A stretch of DNA of 64,000 bases, taken from contig JBAZQT010000001.1 of NCBI GenBank assembly GCA_041645055.1, forward strand, positions 7,842 through 71,841, read 5' to 3'. A program made the position numbers and the translations under genes. This DNA is from Methanoregula sp. (GTDB lineage Archaea; Halobacteriota; Methanomicrobia; Methanomicrobiales; Methanospirillaceae). A model generated the notes under the pieces. It worked only from the letters and a program-made list of their open reading frames with translations. It was not told where the DNA came from and did not search any database. This document shows, in pieces, positions 59,330 through 64,000 of this stretch. Within the stretch, counting starts at the first letter, position 1. Every line of letters starts with the position of its first letter.

Positions 59330-60115
59330 TCATGGAGAGGTTACTGCCGGCGTTACACGCGGGGTGGGAGTAACATTTCCTGTATGGGGATAAATTTCCG
59401 GCCCGGGTCCCAGCTGGGGGATTTTCGGGACCGGCGCGATGGAAACTGCCCAACCTCCGGGATTATTCCGGCCAAGGACGCTCAGGTAATAGGTGCCGTT
59501 CTCCGGAATGGTAACAAAAACAAACGGGTGCAGCGAGAGTGCGCCAAAGCCCGGCTGGATGTACGTGTTGTTGGCATCCATGAGGGCTGTTCCGTTGGCG
59601 TACTGGAGGAAATAGTAGGGGGAATCTATGCCGGTTATGTTCCGTTCGAAGAAATATTCACCGCGTTCTAAGTAGAAGACGGGCGTTGCCTGCGTTCCCG
59701 TACCCGAGAGGTTCACCGGTACTTTTAAGGGATTGGTGGTGACCAGCGGGGCAACTTCTGCGGTCCAATGGTTGCTGCAGGTTACGTTGAGCTGGTAGGT
59801 ATCTTTTTGGGGAGCCTGGAATGCTACCGATCCTGCAAACGGGCCGCTTGTTGAGAACGTTGTTTCTGCCAGGTATGCCTGCGTCATGTTGGAAAAGTCC
59901 AGTTCCATCCTGCCTGCACCATCGGTCCGGAATGACACGACAATGACACCGGCATCAAGGGGGAACGTGGCGTTCGGCTTCTCAGATGAGAGGGTAAGAG
60001 CTGTAGTCCCTGTGGGAGAGGTTCCCGGTACGACCGCTGGTGCAGGGGCCTGCGTGCATCCGCAGGCAGAAAGGCAGAGGAGGATAAGGATAAGCAGGAT
60101 AACAAAAGACTTCAT
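59330..60115 (-). CDS. Secreted or lipobox-like hypothetical protein
   Basis: 261 aa. Signal ILLILILLCLSACGC, then beta-rich sequence with several N-x-T sequons. Confidence 0.6.
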   Translation of the reverse strand: MKSFVILLILILLCLSACGCTQAPAPAVVPGTSPTGTTALTLSSEKPNATFPLDAGVIVVSFRTDGAGRMELDFSNMTQAYLAETTFSTSGPFAGSVAFQAPQKDTYQLNVTCSNHWTAEVAPLVTTNPLKVPVNLSGTGTQATPVFYLERGEYFFERNITGIDSPYYFLQYANGTALMDANNTYIQPGFGALSLHPFVFVTIPENGTYYLSVLGRNNPGGWAVSIAPVPKIPQLGPGPEIYPHTGNVTPTPRVTPAVTSP

Positions 60116-60294
60116 GATAAGTCAAACGATCCGATGAAATTTCTACCTTTTCTATTGCGTGCGGGGTGCGGGAGATCTCTTGCCCGTCCTACCGGAAGCC
60201 GGCATGAATGATGCACCGGGTGAGCTTCCCCATTCCATTCTTAACAACAACATTGATCCGCATCAATTCCGAGGAACACAAGTATGAATATCTT

Positions 60295-60561
60295 ATGGCA
60301 TACCAATACACTATCATGCACAGTCCGCTGGACTATACTGTTCATGCAAAGACTATGATGCAGGAACGGATGATCCAGGAAGACTGGGTAACGAGCACCG
60401 TCAGCGCTCCTGAGATGGTTGAGGAGAAGCGGGATGACGAGAGACACTACCTGAAACGGATCCCGGAACATGCGGGAAAATTCCTGCGGGTAATTGTCAA
60501 CCATTCTGTCCATCCGCCACGGGTGATCACGGTGTTCTTTGACAGGAGAGTGCAGCCATGA
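60295..60561 (+). CDS. DUF4258-like small toxin-type protein
   Basis: 88 aa from ATG 60295. ..HA...M.ER.I.E.WV..T...P........D..HYLK.I.E..G..LRV.VN.....VITVFFDR resembles DUF4258. Overlaps the next gene by 4 nt. Confidence 0.7.
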   Translation: MAYQYTIMHSPLDYTVHAKTMMQERMIQEDWVTSTVSAPEMVEEKRDDERHYLKRIPEHAGKFLRVIVNHSVHPPRVITVFFDRRVQP

Positions 60562-60758
60562 AAGTGACCGTTGATAAAGAGGCCGATGCGCTGTATATGC
60601 GCCTTTCCGATGCCCGTATCCATGACTCGGAAGAGGTGAAGCCCGGCGTGATCCTGGATTATGACGACCAGAATAATCTTGTCGGGATAGAACTTCTCAG
60701 GATATCGGAGCGGGTTCCCGCAGCCAGTCTGAAAACCGTGATGATCGAATCGGCATAA
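60558..60758 (+). CDS. DUF2283-like small antitoxin-type protein
   Basis: 66 aa. MKVTVDKEADALYMRLSD..I..SEEV.PGVILDYD..N.LVGIELL is the classic DUF2283 pattern. Confidence 0.75.
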   Translation: MKVTVDKEADALYMRLSDARIHDSEEVKPGVILDYDDQNNLVGIELLRISERVPAASLKTVMIESA

Positions 60759-60839
60759 TGCAGGAATTATCCTGATGCAATGGATGATTTTCACATCCTG
60801 TGACAGGATATGATCAATACTTTATTTAACATCCGGTGA

Positions 60840-60869
60840 CCGGGCCGGCATTCTCGGCCCGGCGTTTTT
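60840..60869 (+). terminator. Hairpin plus T-run downstream of the DUF4258/DUF2283 pair
   Basis: Perfect 8-bp stem CCGGGCCG (60840-60847) / CGGCCCGG (60855-60862) with a 7-nt loop, followed by CGTTTTT. Confidence 0.5.
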
Positions 60870-60990
60870 GATTGAAATTTTTTCACCAGACTTTGATTTT
60901 ATTTTTTAACCGGATGTTGGTTGAAAAAATCCGGGCGGACTTTGACAAGAAAAATTTAACCGGACCTTGCATGAAAATTTTTCAGCGAAA
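60870..60990. repeat. Short array of about 5 units of the 18.2-19.0-kb repeat family, opposite orientation
   Basis: CACCAGACTTTGATT, AACCGGATGTTGGTTGA, GGGCGGACTTTGACAAG and AACCGGACCTTGCATGAAAA are reverse-complement variants of CAATCAAAGTCYGGTTGA (compare TTCATGGCAAGGTCCGGTT at about 18923-18941). Confidence 0.55.
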
Positions 60991-61222
60991 ACGCGATTGT
61001 GTTTAAAAAAAATTATCCGGGCAATCGATCCGCTCTGCGACAGAAACGAGCGTGACCCCCTCTCTCCCCCAGAGGAGGAGGCAGCCCAAAGGGAGCACCC
61101 CCTCGACTCTATTGAAAATTTTATCAAAGCTCGGTGGGCCATCGGCAATTTGGGGAAAATGACCGGGTAGTGGATCAACGACTTCCTAAAAATTTTACAA
61201 AAACGGATGCTGAAACCGTCTG

Positions 61223-61257
61223 CCTCGCCGTGCCTCGGAGAGGCCCTGAGGCGGGGA
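61223..61257. repeat. GC-rich 35-nt hairpin element, copy 2 (inverted relative to copy 1)
   Basis: CGCCGTGCCTCGGAGAGGCCCTGAGGCGGGGA (61226-61257) is the exact reverse complement of 36653-36684. Confidence 0.7.
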
Positions 61258-61269
61258 ATCCTCAATAAA

Positions 61270-61690
61270 ATCGATCATTTTCCGCTCCCAAAAACCGAGT
61301 GAACTCCGATCGAAAAAAACCCCAATCCGGGCATTTTGTGGGCTTTGATTTCTCTAACTCGCCAAAATGGGCTCCATTCTGATGAAAATGAGGCCCTGTT
61401 CGATCAAAAACTCCTGGAGTATTTGTATGAACAGGGGTCCATTTCATGCTTGATAGAGTGGGACTCCGGGCGATTATTCAGGTCCAGAGATGATCTATTT
61501 CAAGCCCTTTACGGGCTCCGTTTGCCCATTTCCTGATCCTTTTTTCGGGATCAAAGGAGGCTTGTGTCCACCACTTGGGAAAATACTGTTTTAATGGGTT
61601 ATTTCGCGAAAATAACAGTTTTTAGAGCGATTTCATCCTGCAATTTGGCGGGCTCCGGTTGGTCGCGTTTTTTGCCACCTCATTTCAGGT
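61270..61690 (+). repeat. About 420-bp non-coding element, copy B (paralogue of 53900-54325)
   Basis: Carries the same ordered conserved blocks as copy A, in the same orientation. Hairpin CCCTGTTC (61394-61401) / GAACAGGG (61429-61436). Ends with GCGGGCTCCGGTTGGTCGCGTTTTTTG. Confidence 0.75.
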
Positions 61691-61947
61691 CATAGGGGGT
61701 GAGAAAGGCGATGGAAAGGGCCACTGTTGCCCGAAGATACGATCACGTCGGAGAAATGGAGACATGGGGGGATGAAAACGTGGGTGGTGTTTGACGGTGA
61801 CAATAAGCAGTGTGCCACACTGAAGAACGTGGAATGGTGTAAGAGGATGGATAACCAGGTTGAGGATTTTAATTGTGACAACAGAAGACACCAAAAAATT
61901 TCGATGCGTTAGAATTAATGGAGATTGAATTAACGAGATTTTTTATT

Positions 61948-62439
61948 CTATCTTTGCAAAATAATTTTTGCCGCAGTTCCAGTTATAAGTTCAACAATTA
62001 ATTCTCGAATAACAGTTTGTGCATCACCACGAATTTTGCCAAGAATCTCTCTGATTTTATAGGCTGCGGGCTTTGTATTTGGAGTATCTCGAACAATATC
62101 ATCTAATGCAGTTATGAATTCCTTTCGTTCTGATAATTCTAACTCATTCAGTTGGTCAATAATTTTTTTAACTGCACAGAGTTGCAATTCTGTCCATGGA
62201 TATGGCTTACCGCAATTATGACAATAGAGTGGGATAGTATAATCGTTTAAAGATGAGGACTCGTGATAAAGATTAATGCCTTGGATGGGATATTTACAAA
62301 ATTCACATTTAAGAAGTGTCTGTTCACCACATTTCGGACAAAAATTTTTGAGATATTCTGGTTCGGTTATGGCACATGCGGTGATTAAATGGCCGTTCTT
62401 GCATATTTGAGCGACATCATAACCGTTACCGACATACAT
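61948..62439 (-). CDS. Zinc-ribbon protein with C-terminal helical domain (resembles DUF2321 from memory)
   Basis: 163 aa. YDVAQICKNGH, CPKCG..(8)..CEFC, and YCHNCGKPYPWTE form paired CxxC knuckles. The locus is strongly AT-rich. Confidence 0.65.
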   Translation of the reverse strand: MYVGNGYDVAQICKNGHLITACAITEPEYLKNFCPKCGEQTLLKCEFCKYPIQGINLYHESSSLNDYTIPLYCHNCGKPYPWTELQLCAVKKIIDQLNELELSERKEFITALDDIVRDTPNTKPAAYKIREILGKIRGDAQTVIRELIVELITGTAAKIILQR

Positions 62440-62644
62440 ACATTTGGATAATGTTCTGTGATAAAATATCTTTTTGCAAATTGTCCAGTTTTAAGAAAGG
62501 CACGAATTAATTGGGTGTTATTTAAAGGTAATTCTAAACGAAAAATTTTATAAATTCACAGTTGATTATGTGTTAATTTCGAAAATGATTGGAATTTGCT
62601 AAATCATTATATTTAATTGCAAATGACATCATTCGATAGTTACT

Positions 62645-63373
62645 ATGATACAATGTGACCTTAAATCGCTTTATCAACACCTTGAATTAGTCCAAAATAA
62701 TTATGATTCTGTTGAAGAATTACTAAAAGAGGATCTCTTGGATGGATGGAGTAGACATCAAATTAAAACTGATTTTGATTTGAAACCAAATGATTTTTTA
62801 AGATTTGCTAAAAACGATTTAAAAGCAAACTACGAACATCATCTAATTAACAGTCTAACAAATATAAAACGTACAATTGATTGTCAAATAGATTCAATAT
62901 TTGTTGGATTGGGAATAAATACAAAAAAATCGGAAACAGAACATTGGAACTTTCCCGAAAAAATAGATATATTGAATAAATTAGGTATTCTTTCACCCGA
63001 GATTTTAGGTATTATTAATACCCAGAGAAATGATTTAGAGCATAGATATTCGAATCCGAATGAAAAAAATGTAAAATTAGCCTTGGATATTGCACAGTTA
63101 TTTCTAAAATATACTGAAAAATATCTAAATGATATGCCATATGACGGGGTGTTAATTGAACATTTAAACATAGATTCACATTTAGATGTAAATTTAGATT
63201 ATAAAAACAGAAAATTTCGATTTGAGGGTAAGGAATATAGTAAAGATAATTTTCACTCAATAAAAAATTCGTATGTAAAAGAAATACTTGAAGAGAATCG
63301 TGATGAGTATTTGAAATATTTAAAATGGTTTTTATTAATTACTGATATGGAATATACATTATATAAAACTTAA
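62645..63373 (+). CDS. Putative HEPN-domain protein (Rx4H motif)
   Basis: 242 aa, all-helical in appearance. QRNDLEHR at residues 127-134 (R codon 63026-63028, H codon 63041-63043) fits the HEPN R-N-x-x-x-H motif at the start of a helix. The locus is very AT-rich. Confidence 0.55.
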   Translation: MIQCDLKSLYQHLELVQNNYDSVEELLKEDLLDGWSRHQIKTDFDLKPNDFLRFAKNDLKANYEHHLINSLTNIKRTIDCQIDSIFVGLGINTKKSETEHWNFPEKIDILNKLGILSPEILGIINTQRNDLEHRYSNPNEKNVKLALDIAQLFLKYTEKYLNDMPYDGVLIEHLNIDSHLDVNLDYKNRKFRFEGKEYSKDNFHSIKNSYVKEILEENRDEYLKYLKWFLLITDMEYTLYKT

Positions 63374-63437
63374 ATGTAACGTGTTGGCATTAATATCTTT
63401 TAATTAATTCATAGTCGATTGTGTGCTAAAAAAAAAA

Positions 63438-64000
63438 TTACTGATATTCCAGCGGCTGCACCTGTTTCGGTAACCCGCCTTTGAAGTGCTGCTGGATCTT
63501 GCTGTAATAGTTCCGCAGGTTTTCGTTCATCGTGGGGTGCACTTTCTTCTGCGCTTCCTCGAAGTACTTCATTGAGATGATTGTCTGGTTGTCACGGAGG
63601 GCAAGCATACCGGCTTCGCGGCATACAGATTCAAGGTCCGAGCCCACGAATCCTTCCGTAGTGCCGGCAAGCGTTGCAGCAAGGGTATCCCGGGCCGGAT
63701 CGGAAAACGTGAGATTCTTTTCTGCCATCAGCTCGATGAACCTTCTGCGCCGGGTCCCGGCTGGAACACCGGTTGCATCGTCTGCTGCCGGACTGATCGC
63801 TGCCTTGATCTCATCGGCAGTGACTGCCTTGTCCTTCCCGAGCTTCTCGACCAGCTCGCCAATATTGTCTTCGGAATATTTTCCGCAGAGCCCGACAATC
63901 TCTTCGAGCGCCGAGCCTTCAATCGGCATGAACCGGGTGTGGATACCAATAATCTTCTTCCGGTCTTCCAGGGTGGGCTCGCCAATGTACACGAGCCGGT
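63438..64000 (-). CDS. CDC48/VCP-like AAA+ ATPase, C-terminal part only (the N-terminus lies beyond the right edge)
   Basis: The frame stays open to base 64000 (..RLVYIGEPTLEDRKKIIGIHTRFMP..). TEGFVGSDLESVCREAGMLALRD and F.EA..KV.PT match the end of a CDC48 D2 domain. Confidence 0.8.
   Translation of the reverse strand, partial: RLVYIGEPTLEDRKKIIGIHTRFMPIEGSALEEIVGLCGKYSEDNIGELVEKLGKDKAVTADEIKAAISPAADDATGVPAGTRRRRFIELMAEKNLTFSDPARDTLAATLAGTTEGFVGSDLESVCREAGMLALRDNQTIISMKYFEEAQKKVHPTMNENLRNYYSKIQQHFKGGLPKQVQPLEYQ

Noticed and set aside
60906-61265. 119-aa - strand ORF in the 1.2-kb gene-free tract
   Set aside because: It spans the mini-array and the GC hairpin repeat, has a TTG/GTG-type start, and has an Arg/Ser/Phe-rich composition with no motifs.
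61727-61912. 61-aa + strand ORF between element B and the Zn-ribbon gene
   Set aside because: It is short, starts within the tail of the repeat element, and has no recognisable features. I could not support it as a gene.

Overview
This 64-kb chromosomal window comes from a methanogenic euryarchaeon, probably order Methanomicrobiales. That placement is inferred from gene content only: PolD large subunit, A1AO ATP synthase, CofD for F420, archaeal-type AspRS, the AcnX/UbiD/UbiX module of the archaeal mevalonate pathway, and many HEAT-repeat and class-III-signal-peptide proteins. I support about 60 protein genes, one tRNA-Leu(CAA) and several non-coding repeats. Core content: polC (DP2) carrying a 165-aa mini-intein; the ATP synthase genes split into two convergent units (atpHI on +, atpKECFABD on -); bacterial-type ruvC-ruvA-ruvB; aspS; cofD; a MetE-like methyltransferase; and transporters. 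Accessory or unusual content: (1) a six-gene translationally coupled cluster of type-IV-pilin-like proteins next to an Ig-repeat adhesin (1-5.8 kb). (2) An 0.8-kb array of about 34 degenerate 24-25-bp tandem units with palindromic junction boxes and GATC clusters, lying between the two ATP synthase halves (18.2-19.0 kb). (3) Two diverged direct copies of a ~420-bp non-coding element with block-wise conservation and a conserved hairpin (53.9-54.3 and 61.3-61.7 kb). They bracket a 7-kb segment holding an orphan Dam methylase, transporters and toxin-antitoxin genes. (4) A very AT-rich islet with a divergent Zn-ribbon protein and an Rx4H HEPN protein (61.9-63.4 kb). No CRISPR array, rRNA, integrase or transposase was seen. 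All family calls rest on motif recognition by eye; no searches were run.
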